A stretch of 64,000 nt of DNA from Mobula hypostoma (lineage: Eukaryota), in the NCBI RefSeq assembly GCF_963921235.1, contig NC_086108.1, forward strand, positions 43,712,001-43,776,000, in the 5' to 3' direction. The notes beneath the pieces were generated by a model. It made no database searches and had not been told where the DNA came from. It saw only the letters and a list, made by a program, of their open reading frames with translations. Position numbers and translations under genes: made by a program. Numbering within the stretch: position 1 is the first letter of the stretch; every line of letters begins with the position of its first letter. Below are positions 51,975-64,000 of the stretch, one piece after another.

Positions 51975-53639
51975 GTATATCAAGAGAACATTTATTATTT
52001 TTGTTGGTAATATTCCTTTTATATAAATACAAAGTTGCCATTGACCTTTTAAGAGCAGCTTCCTAGAAAGCACAAAAATGAAGGTAATTTTACGTATTTA
52101 GGAAATGCTTCTTGCAAGCATCTATAAGCAAGAGTCTGTTATTTATGCATGTCAGCTTGTAAGTTATAAATATGAAAGAGTTTTGCCTGTAGTGGGATAT
52201 TCTGTATCCAATAAAATTAGAAGCTGAGAATGAACCTGTTTGAATTTGATGCTCTAATAATGTATCATTATGTAAATCAATGTAACACCATTATTATTTC
52301 AGACTTAGCATTTTACTACCTAGGACCCATCTATTTTACTTTAGTGTTTACTACAAAACAAAATCCTCTTGCTTGTTCTGTTATTTTGCAGTCTTTAATA
52401 GAGGTATGGTGCTTAGCAACTGTTGAGTTTAAGGGTTGTCTAAATGGGCACAATGTATAACAATGGGATAGAAATAATTGTCTGCTTCTCTTCAGTCTGG
52501 TGCTGTTGTCTGTTTCTGCCTTCCTCTTGCAGTTTTTCATTATCCTGCTTTGTGTCCATTGCAAGAATGTTAGTGGTTGTTTATTTTTTTTAGTTTTGTC
52601 ACTCATTGTTTGCATTTCAAAGATAACAGGTGGTGTGAAGCCCGCCACATCCCATTCTAGTATAATACTGCTACACATGATCAGTCTATCACCTCAATTA
52701 ATGAGAAAACCTAATGGATTTATTACTTTGAAGCGTTTAGTCATGACCTACTTAGCCTACACTTTATCCCACTACACTCCACCCCCACTTAAGCCCTGTC
52801 AAACTTGGGATCTTATTCTGATGCTTGGACATACCCAGCAATGGAAATATAACTTAACCTGTTATTGAACTAAACTCTGCTCACCAATTTTTCATGTTGC
52901 TGTATTACTTGGTAGCCTTTTATGAATTATCTTGTAGAATGACTGATCTTGTAATTTCCTCAAAGAATAATTCAGTGCACTTTATTATATAGGACCTCCT
53001 GCTCTGCAGCAAGTGCACTGCCAATATCCCTACCTTGCCCTGGCTTTAAACATTCTCCACTCAATGTAGAGTCTTCGGTGTTTTGCATGTTTGAGTACAA
53101 ATATAATTTATCAACGCATGAGTTCAGTTTTCCAAGCTACATCTTAATAACCTGATCAGCACCAATAGAAAAGCATGGGAACATAATTAAATGTTTTTGT
53201 TTCACAGGAGACCTTTGGCTGGCTAAAGACGTGTCAGTTCTCAAAGGCATAATCTCATTAGTCCCATCCTCCCCACTCTTTGCTTGATTTACTGTCATGT
53301 ATGTCTGTCAGCTCCCTTTTTGCTATTTACCTATGGCTAAGGGATAATTTATTGTAGTCAGTTTACCCACCACACAGGTTTGGGATGTGGGAGGAAATTG
53401 GAACATGTAGAGGACCTGCAAATTCCACACCAACATATCGTATACTGTTCAACTTGAGTCCCTGGAGTAAAGAGACAGCAACCACAAACAGCTGTGCCCT
53501 TGTGTTTCTCGTGTGTTGTATTTTTCCCTAATATGGAATATGTTCTGGGTGATTTGATTCCCCTTTCGTGGGTTCTGAAGTTACTTTCTAATGGAGAAGG
53601 TGGTTCCAGCCTCCTGACCTCGCTTGTCAGACAGAAGTT

Positions 53640-53910
53640 CTTATTTATTGAGATATAGTTCGGAATAGGCCCTTCTGGCTCTTTGAATCGCCCAGCAATC
53701 CCCAAATTTTAATCCTAGCTTAATCATGGGACAGTTTACAATGACCAATTAACCTACCAACCGTACACTGTGGGAGGAAACTGGAGCACCTGGAGTAACC
53801 CACACAGTCACAGGGAGAATGTACAACTCTTTACAGGAAGAGGCGGGAATTGAACCTTGGTTACCTGTACTTAAAAGCATTGTGCTGACTACTATGCTAC
53901 CGGGCCACCC
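53640..53910 (-). mobile_element. V-SINE/HE1-like SINE
   Basis: TTTATTTATT tail, TTTACAATGACCAATTAACC, GTGGGAGGAAACTGGAGCACC, GGAATTGAACC (inverted B box). Confidence 0.65.
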
Positions 53911-54191
53911 AGTTTTGTGCATTAGAAGCTGAATTTGTGACTTTGTTCGTTTGATATATATACAGGTACAACTTGTCTTTGCCACTTTTAGCACTCAGCA
54001 AATTCAAGTGTGCAGAATGATGTTGCAGTAAGTTTTGAAGTAATAATGTGGAAAGCCATTCATATATTAAATATCATTCTTCCCATTTAATTGAAGGACA
54101 GTTGAGAATTTTATGATACTGAATTGGTGTTGGAGAGGAAACAGTGCATTCCTACTTTAATGGATGAATAAACTTTCTTTTTTGTTGGCAG

Positions 54192-54239
54192 GCAGGCGTA
54201 AGGCAGCTTTACGTACAGATTGATTTTGCAGCAATGTAA
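54192..54239 (+). CDS. slc30a7: ZnT7 terminal coding exon 11 (48 bp including stop)
   Basis: TTGTTGGCAG|GCA GGC GTA...ATG TAA; encodes AGVRQLYVQIDFAAM*. Confidence 0.95.
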   Translation, partial: AGVRQLYVQIDFAAM

Positions 54240-55810
54240 AGATGCCTGAATCACGTAGGTCTAAACTCCTGGTTATTGGATCTGGGAACAGATTTAACTG
54301 CTGGTTCGTCACTGGATTTGAAACACCACCAGCGTGCAGCAAACTTGAATGTGGTATTATTCACTTGCATCAGTAGAAGGTCTCGAGTCAAGGAACGGTG
54401 AAATAATTAACATCATCTGCTATATATGGAACAATCATTTTGTGATTAGACCTAAAGTGTCTTATTTCATCTTGACTGTTAAGGAATTGAAACTGAGTTG
54501 GTGTTCTGTTGTGTGATGAACAATGTTGTATTATCCTGCATCCAATTTAACAGATGTGTTCCCACAGTTCAGACTATCCCTGTTCATTTAAATATTTGTC
54601 ATCTTGGCTGTCATTCTGCATTCCGTTTTTTTTAAATTTCATTTGTTGTATGCTCACATATTGAGTGATATGAACCATGTTTCTGAAGTGCCTTTTTATG
54701 GTGGCCAAGAAGTAATATTTGAAAGGCAGGTAGTGATTACTGGACCCATCAGAGCAAGTCTTACAATCATTGGTCAGTAGTGCACATCATGGTAATCAGC
54801 ATGGTTTTTCTGGGTTTTAATAGATCATTGTAGGGAGAGGCAGGAGGTTAGGGGACTGATCCTTTTTGTCGTGGCATGTTGGTATCCAGTTCAATAGCTT
54901 ATTCTTTTAAAGGTCCTTTGACATGTTCATTGTACTCTGATAAAATATAAAGAAATTCCATTGCACCATGGAAACTTTCACACTTGAGTTCACCCAGGAA
55001 TGGACTGGGTGAAATTGAATGGTCCAGCAGAGAATCCATGCAGAAGAAAAATAGCCAGATATAAGAACACTGAATGTTTGTAAATTGTCAAGAGTTTTCT
55101 TTAAAAATTATACATTATCCTGATTTGCCTTTTGGTACCGTTTGTATCTGTTCTGATAGTGAAAAGGAATTATTTTAAATGCTCCAAGTGGTGCTTTTAG
55201 AAAAAGAAAAGTACTGTGAATGCTGGAAATCTGAAATGTTTAGAGAAAATTCTGGAAATGTTCAGCATATAAGGCAGTAGAGATTACTGGAAAGAAAAAA
55301 ACGTAGTTGATGTTTACACCAATGATCTTTTGTCACACTTGGTTTAAAAACTAGTGCCTCACCTGTTGGTAGATTTCCAGATCCTTCTCTCAACTGTTTA
55401 TAAATTGCTTACACTATGAAAAACAATCAGTTTATAAATATAAAAGGGGGAGAAAAAGCTCCTGGCAGATTCAAACCTGGTTTGAATAAGCCTGTCATGA
55501 ATTGATTAGTTTAGCAATCATTTTCACTGATGCTTGTGCTGGTTCAGTTAAATGAGCATTAGACATCAGTTTAAATATTTTCACATGAAAATAGTGACTT
55601 AATTATTTGAATTTTTGTCACTTAGCGGTTGGAAAAGAGAATGTAATTCTGATTCAACTCAATGCTGAGTTTATTCAACAGGTGGTAATGAGGTTTAACA
55701 AATGATTTGCCCTGTGGCAAGTTAGGGTGAAGTAGTCAGAGTTATTGGTCATGTGTCACTGGGTAGAAGGAAATCAGATTTGTCCAGTGTCTGTGATAGG
55801 GATTGAAGAG

Positions 55811-55816
55811 AATAAA
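55811..55816 (+). terminator. Candidate slc30a7 polyadenylation signal
   Basis: AATAAA followed within ~10-30 nt by GT/T-rich GTGTGTTTTT..TTGTGT; alternatives at 56080 and 56779. Confidence 0.35.
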
Positions 55817-57261
55817 AATCAACAGTGTGTTTTTAAAATTGTGTCAAATTTTAATTCGTTTTAGCTGTTTTAACAGTTAAAATGTACTTTTGTAAATTGA
55901 GGTCATCCAGCAATTAAGTTGTTTGTCGTTTAAATTAGCTGCATAAGGGAAAAAGGAATATAGCACAGTATCTTACAGTGGATGCCAAACTGCATTATCC
56001 AAAGCAAATGTTTATATCTTGGAAATCTTAGCATGATGTATTTGCACACTCAAGTTGTAATCAGACCCTGTCTGTGAAGAATAAAACAAAGGTACTGCCT
56101 AGACTGTCCTTTTTCCTACTTTATGCCTCCGGAGGGTATTTCTAAAACAATTAGATGGTTTTCTCAAGTTTGGGTCTTTCTAAATTTGTATTGCTCAATC
56201 TACATGCTACAAAAGGGTGTTAAATTTACAGCATTTGTGCACAAAATGTGTTAATAAGAAAGTTTATCTGATTTTCAAAAAAACAGTAACTACTTTTGTT
56301 TCAAAGCAGAAGTATTTATTTGTAACGCATTATTACTCTTTGGTTTAAATGGAATAGTCACTCTATTAGCTATAATATGCATTGTTGCTAGTTCTGGGAA
56401 CACTTTCAATCTTAAATCAAAGGATTCTTTGCTCTGTATCAAGCCTTTGCCTCTACCCAGAAATTAATTGAGCATAAGAGAGGAGAAAAAGAGTATGGTT
56501 GTCAGAATGTAGAGGTCTTTCCTGTTCAAAGTTACTAAACTGAAACTTCTGAGATCCCACGTGTGAGTCCTGAGCTATTTGGTAGTTATTCTAGTTGATA
56601 TACTTATCATTCTAGATAAATCTCTTGATTATTTAAGAAGAGATTGACTACAGTATTTTTAATATTTTAGAACAATTGTAAAGATCACCAAAGCAATTTG
56701 AAGTATGTACTACTTACTCTAATAGTCTCTACAGTAAACATTCATCAAAGAACTTGTCTGAAATGCAGCAATATGCATAATAAATATTTTGATAACTACA
56801 GTTTGTTCAAGTTTCTGAATAAGTTAATTTTAAATTTCTTGCAGGTATATATTCCTTGGAAGTTAATGCTATGAAACAGGTATTCCCTATTATTTTTCCC
56901 ATATACAGGCTTTTCAAATCTGAGAAGCATCGGAGAAGAGAGAGACTATGGTGTGCATATCCATGAATCCCTGAAAACAGTTGGGACCGGAGATGATGAT
57001 CAAGGCAAAGATTTTTTTTCTCTTTATCACCAGAGATGTAGTCCATATAAACATAGCTAGGTTTGATTTCCATAAAGGACCACAGCTCCAGTACTGTGTA
57101 CAGTTCTGGTTGTCATATTGTGTTTGAAAGTGTGCGGAAAAGATACAAGAATCTTCCCAGAGCTGGAGGTGTTTTCTTCAGTAAAGAGATGGCTGAAGGG
57201 AAAGTGAAATGGTGTGTAAAATAATAAAGCCATAAGTAAAAATGATCAAAGTACATACTTG

Positions 57262-58500
57262 ACATTGAGTGATCACTTATTAGGTACAGGAGTGGAAACC
57301 GATTGTGGATTTCTGCTGCTGTAGCTCTTCCACTTCAAGGTTCGATGTGTTGCGCAGTCAGAGATGTTCTTCTGTACACCGCTGCTGTAATAGAAATGAG
57401 AAAATCTGCAGATGCTGGAAATCCAAAGCAACACACAATGCTGGAGGAACTCAGCAAGCCAGGCAGCGGCATCTATGGAAAAGAGTAAACAGTTGACATT
57501 TTGGGCTGAGATCCTTCATCGGGACTGGGGGAGAAAAGATGATTGGGTCAAGAAGGTTGGGGGGGGGTACAGGAGGAGTAAGTACAAGGTAATAGGTGAA
57601 ACTAGGAGAGGAGGAGGGGTGAAGTAAAGAGCTGCGAAGTTGATCGGCAAAGGAGATAAAGGGCTGTAGAAAGGGGGAATACTGATACGAGAGGGTAGAA
57701 GACCATGGAAGAAAAGGAAGGGGATGGAGCACCAGAGGAAGATGATGGGCAGGTAAAGAGATGAGGTGAGAGGGAAATGGGAATGGTGGGGAGGGTGGGG
57801 GGAGAAAAGAGAACGTTTACCGGAAGTTCAAGAAATTGATGTTCATGCCATCAGGTTGGAGATTACCCAGATGGAATGTAAGGTGTTGCCCCTCCAGTCT
57901 GAGTGTGGCCTCTTCATAGCAGTAGAGGAGGCCATGGACTGACATATTGGAATGGGTGGTAACCGGGAGACCTTGCTTTTTCTGGCAGATGGAGCCAGTT
58001 GGTGCTTAGCGAAGCAGTCTCCCAATCTATGTCAGGTCTCACTGGTTTACAGGAGGCCAGACTGGGAGCACTGGGTACAGTAGATGACCCCAACAGGCTC
58101 ACATTGTTGTAATGTGTGGTTATTTGAGTTACTGTTGCCTTGAACCAGTCTGGATATTCTCTGGTCTCTAATTAATAAGACATTTTCACCCACAGAACTG
58201 CTCACTGTGTTTTTAGAATCATTTTTCACACCATTCTCTGTAAACACTAGAGATTTTTGTGTGAAAATCACAGAACATCAGTAGTTTCTGAGATGCTCAA
58301 ACTACCAGGTCTGGCACCAACAATTATTCTACAGTGAAAGTCACTTGGATCATATTTCTCCCCCATTCTGATGTTTGGAACAACAACTGATCCTCTTGAT
58401 CATGTCTGCATACTTTTATGCATTGAGCTGCTGCCACATGATTGGCTGATTAGATATTTTTATTAATGAGCAGGTGTACATTTTAAATACACTGAGTGTA
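57262..58500 (-). mobile_element. Tc1-family relic interrupted by a PLE
   Basis: Decayed TIRs (CATTGAGTGATCACTT-ATTAGGTAC / GTACA..ACTGAGTGTA); minus 58230-58330 reads like IVGAR.G..SISET.D..FS...SRVYREW; another TIR copy at 49414-49445. Confidence 0.7.
57395..58100 (-). mobile_element. PLE fragment with tail, decayed hammerhead and GIY-YIG remnant
   Basis: AAAATCTGCAGATGCTGGAAAT tail; CAGTTGACATTTTGGGCTGAGATCCTTCATCGGGACTG; GVIYCTQCSQSGLL in ORF 58047-58271. Confidence 0.85.
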
Positions 58501-58501
58501 T

Positions 58502-58793
58502 TTAAGGCATCCGTTAGTCTTGCAAGACCATGGATCTGCGCCTGGAAAGTCTTCACTCTCCAGGGTGCAGGCCTGGTCAAGGTTGTATGGAAGACCAGCA
58601 GTTGCCCATGCTGCAAGTCTCCCCTCTCCATGACACCGATGTTGTCCAAGGGAAGGGCATTAGGACCCATACAGCTTGGCACCAGTGTCGCCGCAGAGTA
58701 AGTGCCTTGCTCAAGGACACAACAGGCGGTCTTGACTGGGGCTCGAACTCACGACCTTCAGATCGAATGCCTTAACCACTTGGCCACGTGCCC
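58502..58793 (-). mobile_element. tRNA-derived SINE with RTE-like 3' tail
   Basis: Minus strand GGGCACGTGGCCAAGTGGTTAAGGC (A box)...GAGTTCGAGCC (B box), GTGTCCTTGAGCAAGGCACTTA, tail ATCCATGGTCTTGCAAGACTAACGGATGCC; 13-bp TSD ACACTGAGT(G/T)TAT at 58489-58501 and 58794-58806. Confidence 0.75.
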
Positions 58794-58829
58794 ACACTGA
58801 GTTTATATGTACTTTGTAAAAAGTGCCTG

Positions 58830-59455
58830 GAATCAGAATCAAGTTTAATATCACCAGCATACGTTGTGAAGTTTGTTGTTTTGTGGTAGCGGTACAGTGC
58901 ATTACATAATTATAAAAAAACACATTACAATGAAATATATAAAATTAAATTAAGTGTAGAAAGAGAGCAAAAAAAGTGAGGTAGTGTTCATGGGTTCATG
59001 GTCCATTCAGCTATCTGATGGTGGAGGGGAAGAAGTTGTTCCTGAAATATCTGAGTTTGTGTCTTCAGGACCTGTACCACCACCTTGATGGTAGCAATGA
59101 AAAGAGGGCATGTCCTGCATGATGGGTGGCTTCAATGATGGATGCCACCTTCTTGAGGCATCGAATTTTGAAGATAACCTCGATGTTGGGGAGTCTATTG
59201 CCTGTGATGGAGCTGGCTGTGTTTCCAACTTTCTGCAGTGTTTTCTGATCCCATGAGTGGCCCCTGCGTATGAGATGGTGATGCAACCAGTTTGAATGCT
59301 CTCCATAGTACACCCGTTTTTTCAAAAAAATTCCAGACTCTGATGACATAACAAGTGTCCTTAAACTCCTGAAATAAAGCTGTTGTTGTGCTTTCTCAGT
59401 AATTGCATTAATATGTTGGGCCCAGGCCATGTCTCCGGAGATGTTGATACCCAGA
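58830..59455 (-). mobile_element. Rex1/Babar-like LINE 3' fragment
   Basis: WAQHINAITEKAQQQLYF, ESIQTGCIT, HAGHALFSLLPS..YRS; (GAATCA)n tail; a related plus fragment lies at ~49985-50170. Confidence 0.75.
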
Positions 59456-60149
59456 GGCCAGGAGCCATGGATTTTAAGACGACTGTAGAATGATTAGAGG
59501 GAAAATTAAATCTCTGAGAGCTGGCAAATATATGAAATTCCAATGCCTGAAAGGCAGAAAGTCTCGATAAATAAGAAATAATGACTGTGCATTTGAAATC
59601 CCAAATCCGTGAAGAGTACAGATGCAGCATGAGACAAGATGACAAACTTATCCAACACCAACATGAAAAGTAAAATGGTTATCTTTAGTGCTACAAATGC
59701 TTGTTTCTGATCATCATTAATGTGTTGGAGAAAGCAATGGTTGTAAATCTTAACTAAACTAAGCATGGAAATTCTTTCTAAAATAATCCACATCTCTTCA
59801 ATATAAACTTCTCTGAACTTTAAAAGGAAATTTATTGCTGATCTGCTTTGAGACAAAATCAAAAATACGTTCTATAGATAAATGAAGGTAGGAATTAATT
59901 TATAAAGTCAGTAATTAAATAAAAGTAGATTTGTTTGAGGAAGTAATACTGTGCTCTTTTCTTTTGCATTTTCAAGGTGTTTGTCTCTTCATTTTGCCAC
60001 TCCCAACAAGGAAGGAAGTGATACTAGAATGTTCTGGTTAATAAGCATGGTAGCATATTTGTAAGTGATATTTGTGACCACAACAGAAAGCTAGGTATTA
60101 AATACAGAAAAAAACCTGAAGCTAAAAGCCTTGACTGTTGAGATTTTTA

Positions 60150-60560
60150 AAACCATAAGATATAGGAGTAAAACTAGGCCATTCACTCGAGCCTGCTCCA
60201 CCATTGGATGATGCCCAATTTATTTTCTCTCTAAACCCCATTCTCCTGCCTTTGATGCCCCTACTAATTAAGAACCTATCAACCACTGCTTTAAATATAT
60301 CTTTGCTTCCTCAGCTCTCTGAGGAATGAATTTCACAGATACCACACCATCTGGCTAGATTCCTCATCTCTGTTCTAAAGGTGCATCATTCTATTCTGAA
60401 ATTGTGCCCTCTTTCTAAACACTCCCAATTATCGGAAATATCCTCTCTATCTAGGCCTTTTATTATTTGATAGATTTCAACCGAATATTGAAAATGTTTG
60501 AGATCTCTCTTCTTCTAAGGTGCAGTGAGTCCAGGCCCAGAACCATCTAACGTTTGCCAT
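60150..60560 (-). mobile_element. CR1 3' end fragment
   Basis: CCATAAGATATAGGAG..GGCCATTC..CCTGCTCCACCAT..AAGAACCTATCAACC parallels 40254-40600. Confidence 0.65.
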
Positions 60561-61990
60561 GCAGTGCTTGGGATGCCAACAGTTCCAGAAGATGCCAAAT
60601 GCAATGCCTCTCCAGACCTGAGAATGGCTTACATTACCCTGGCAGAAGATTCATGTGGATTTTGCCAGACCATTCATGGGCACAAATTTCTTGGTAGTAG
60701 TAGATGCAGCCACAAAGTGGCCAAAAGTGTTCCCAATTGCCTCCACTACAGCTAGACACTCTGTTGATGTGCTGAGAAGCATCTCCTCAAGGACTAGTAC
60801 TCCAGAACACTTGGTCAGTGATAATGGACTGTAGATTTTTTGAAATAAAACAATAAAGGTGTTTTAAAGTTAAGGGAAACCATAGCAACTCACTTTATTG
60901 TCAACCAAACACAGAACATAAAGCACAGTAAAAAAAAGCTTCATGTCATTACATAATCATGTCAAACTAGCCTCTTAAAGTGAACTCCAACTCAATAGCG
61001 GTGCTTGTAAATGATGCATCTCTTTCCACTCCTTACATTACTCTACAGGACCACAGTTTGTTGCAGAACTGTTTCAGTCATTCCGGAAAATGAATGGAAT
61101 AAAACATATTATGGCTGCATCATATCACCCAACTACAAATAGCGGAGTGGAAAGTTTTGTCCTTCCTGCGAGCAAAGTCACCAGAATGCACTAAACTGAC
61201 ACTGAATCAGAATCAGAAGTTCGCCAATTTCCTCCTTTCATATCACAATGCGCCACAGTCCACAATCAGCCACTCACCAGCTATGCTGTTCCTGGGTTCT
61301 CCCTTGCGTTCACATCTGGATCTCCTCAAACCCAATCTCAGAAGGAGTATGCAGGACAAATAGCTGAGACAAATTGAGGGCTCCTCAAACAAGGAGGTTT
61401 GATGTTTATCTCCTGGGCAAGCAGTTCTAGTGAAGGACTACAGATGTGATCAAAAGTGGGTGCTTGGAAGGATTAAGGACAGAACTGGACCAATCTCCTA
61501 TACAGTGGAGGTTGCATCTGATGTCATCTGGAGATGACACATTGATCAGCTGAGGAGATCAGAGTCAACAGCAGGAGAAGAAAGATGTCCTGAACTGTCA
61601 GAACCACCTTCTGCAGTCCCAGAGTCAACTCCTACAATCATCACAGAGAAGGGCCCAGAACCTGAGATTTTTTTCACAGACCCTAGGATTGTGTCGCCGC
61701 CACATGTCTCATCTGCCAAGCAGAGTGACTCCCCTTCCCCCTTGTCAGGAAAGATATTATCCCACAAGAGTAAGAAATCCTCCATAGTGATTAAATCTTT
61801 ATATACAGTATATAGGTGCCTAGAAAGCAATGTTGCCTACTTGAGTTGAGCTGCATACTATAGAGTTGGTCCTTATAGCTAAGCAGGGAGGAGTGTTTCA
61901 GTCATATTTCAGTAATACTTGAGTAATATTGTAAATATATTGTTTAATGAAGCATTCTGTTTACATAATTCATTATGAGTTACAAAACAT
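60560..61990 (+). mobile_element. Ty3/Gypsy integrase relic with PPT and start of 3' LTR
   Basis: PWQKIHVDFARPFMGTNFLVVVDAATKWP..PEHLVSDNG|PQF..NGIKH..YHPTTN integrase core; polypurine tract AAGCAGGGAGGAG (61881-61893) followed by TG. Confidence 0.85.
60830..61047. mobile_element. Solo LTR (218 bp) inserted in the Gypsy integrase
   Basis: Ends TGTAGA...TCTACA; 4-bp TSD GGAC (60826-60829, 61048-61051); removal restores the SDNG-PQF motif. Confidence 0.85.
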
Positions 61991-63239
61991 AATAATCCTC
62001 TTTTATATTATTGGCTAGCTTAGCTCATGTTTCATTATTTTTCTCCTTGCTGCTTTTGTAACTTACATATTACTATTTAACTACTTAAGGTTCTATTACT
62101 ATTTATTATTTATGGTGCAACTGTAACAAAAACCAATTTCCCCCAGGATCAATAAAGTATGACTATGACTACTAATTGTCTGCTGTCATTTTCTTTCTTC
62201 TTTGGGATGTATCAACACTGCATCTTCCAAATTATTCCCAGAAACTCCAGCCCTTTACCTCCTGCTTTACTTCGATCTCTGCTAGTGTTCCTTCAAATCA
62301 ACTTTGGCCAGCTACCCTCTCGTGCCTCTGTAGTTACAATATCTTTACTCAGTTGTGATATGTGTATATCCAATTCTAGCTTCTCTTAAATTGCATTCTG
62401 TTTCCTTGAAGGGGAACTGCACTTGTGGCCTGAGTCTACAGTCCGGGATCTGCTGGTATCACTAGATTTGAATATCGATTGATTTTTTAAATGTATTAAG
62501 ACAACGTTGCTTACTGGAGTACCCATTACTTTGTCTGTGGATTTCAGCTGTGGTAGTCCTAGACAGGAATTTTTTGATGATTCCCATTGGAGCCACATGC
62601 AAAAGTTGCCACTTATCAGCATCACTGTAAGTGAAATTAACATTTACCTAAATCTATCTAGCTATCTTTCACACATTTGAACAGATTTTCCCAGCATCCA
62701 TCCTCCATATATCCACTCAGTCTGCTCAATCACAGCTGCACCTCATAGCTACGAGTCATAAATAGATCCCCAGTGCTGGATTGTTGATCCTTTTCTAGAA
62801 TTCATTACTCCTTCCTAAACACTGCTGATAGCAAAGGGACATTTACAAAGTTCTGTGACATTGTGGTGGGAATATATTGCCCCTGAGATCCCAGAATAAA
62901 AATGCACAGTAAATCTTCCTTGGGAGTGGATCACATGCACACTGACTCTTAATGGTAACAGGTCTGCAGACACTGATTCGCTGGAGAATGGATGCCTCCC
63001 CTGTTCTCATGGCCTCACATTGGCCTGTAACTGAATCCACCTTCCACAACTCGGCTATTCCATATGTTCTTTTCTCTTTGTAAATTTTTGAGACATGTCA
63101 ATGAGATTGAGATTACAGTAATACAAGAAATTACAAATGCCAAGAGGAAGTAAAATCCATATTGACACTTGGCCCAGGGATTTTTCTGATGTGTCCCTGC
63201 TTCACTGCTTTGCAGAGTTAATAGTCTGGACCACATTGG

Positions 63240-63770
63240 TTAAGTAAAGAGCTGGGAAGAGATCAGAGCTGGAGAAAGGGGAATCTGACTGGAGAGGTCA
63301 GAAGACCATGGGAGAAAGGGAAGGGCGAGGATCACCAGAAGGAGGCAATGGGCAAGTAAGAGGTGTGAGAAGGAAATGGGAATGGTGAAGGGGCGGGGGG
63401 TGGGGAGGGAGTGTAATTACCGGAAGTTTGAGAAATCAATGTTCATGCCATCAGGTTGGAGGCTACCCAGACAAAATATAAAGTGTTGCTCCTCCAACCT
63501 GAGTGTGGCCTCATCACAGCAATAGAGGAAGCCATGGACTGACGTGTCAGAATGGAAATGGGAGATAGAATTGGAAATTCCACACGAGGTAAATCAGGTG
63601 CTCGATGAGGCGGACTCCCAATCGACATCAGGTCTCATCGATGCAGTAGATGGCCCCAACAGACTCACAAGTGAAGTGTTGCCTCACCTGGAAGGACTGT
63701 TCGAGCCTCTGAATGGCAGTGAGGGAGGAGATGTTGGGGCACTTGTTCCGTTTGCAAGGATGATTATTGC
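63240..63770 (-). mobile_element. PLE GIY-YIG/3' fragment, decayed
   Basis: CGGAAGTTTGAGAAATCAATGTTCATGCCATCAGGTTGGAGGCTACCCAGAC matches 2382-2433. Confidence 0.85.
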
Positions 63771-64000
63771 AGTCATTTCATTGGCTCAGTGCGTATTTCC
63801 AGGCCAGGAAAGACCAGAGTTTATTTATCTCAGAAACAGCTCACGCACAGATACTTTTTCTAAATTAAACTCTGATATCTGTCAAAATACTTAAGTAATT
63901 TTCAGTCTGCCATAGTTACAGACTAAGGGAATTTCCAATATTCATTGATTCTGGGGAATCCTGTTTTAAACCTACTGAATACAAAATGTTCTCTATGAAA

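Noticed and set aside
58740..58793. tRNA gene
   Set aside because: A and B boxes are present but there is no full cloverleaf; it continues into a SINE body with TSD.
54240..64000. Exons of a neighbouring gene (dph5 lies downstream in human) or novel ORFs such as 59506-59862
   Set aside because: No recognisable DPH5 peptide; ORFs lack motifs or convincing splice context, and 62170-62330 reads as a CR1 remnant.

Overview
Vertebrate genomic DNA, most likely from a cartilaginous fish such as a ray; this is inferred from the repeat content (V-SINE/HE1-like SINEs, CR1, Penelope-like, L1, Tc1, Tigger). The window holds the last nine coding exons (equivalent to human exons 3-11) of the Golgi zinc transporter gene slc30a7/ZnT7 on the + strand. 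They total 1000 bp of CDS from 6842 to 54239, have GT-AG introns and an open spliced frame, and encode an expanded His-rich loop. Exons 1-2 were not found and presumably lie upstream. Introns are filled with transposable elements: a near full-length CR1, a full-length L1 with target-site duplication (TSD), a twin-primed 5'-inverted L1, Tc1 and Tigger relics, SINEs, and a Gypsy relic with a nested solo LTR. The most striking structure is a family of Penelope-like (GIY-YIG) insertions carrying a minimal hammerhead-ribozyme motif, repeatedly integrated as fold-back palindromes with TSDs and a one-sided ~36-37 nt tail. These include a ~526-bp-arm inverted repeat (1986-3475) and a perfect 92-bp-arm palindrome (27378-27562) whose axis lies in the ribozyme's CUGACGA core. 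All calls were made by eye; no searches were run.
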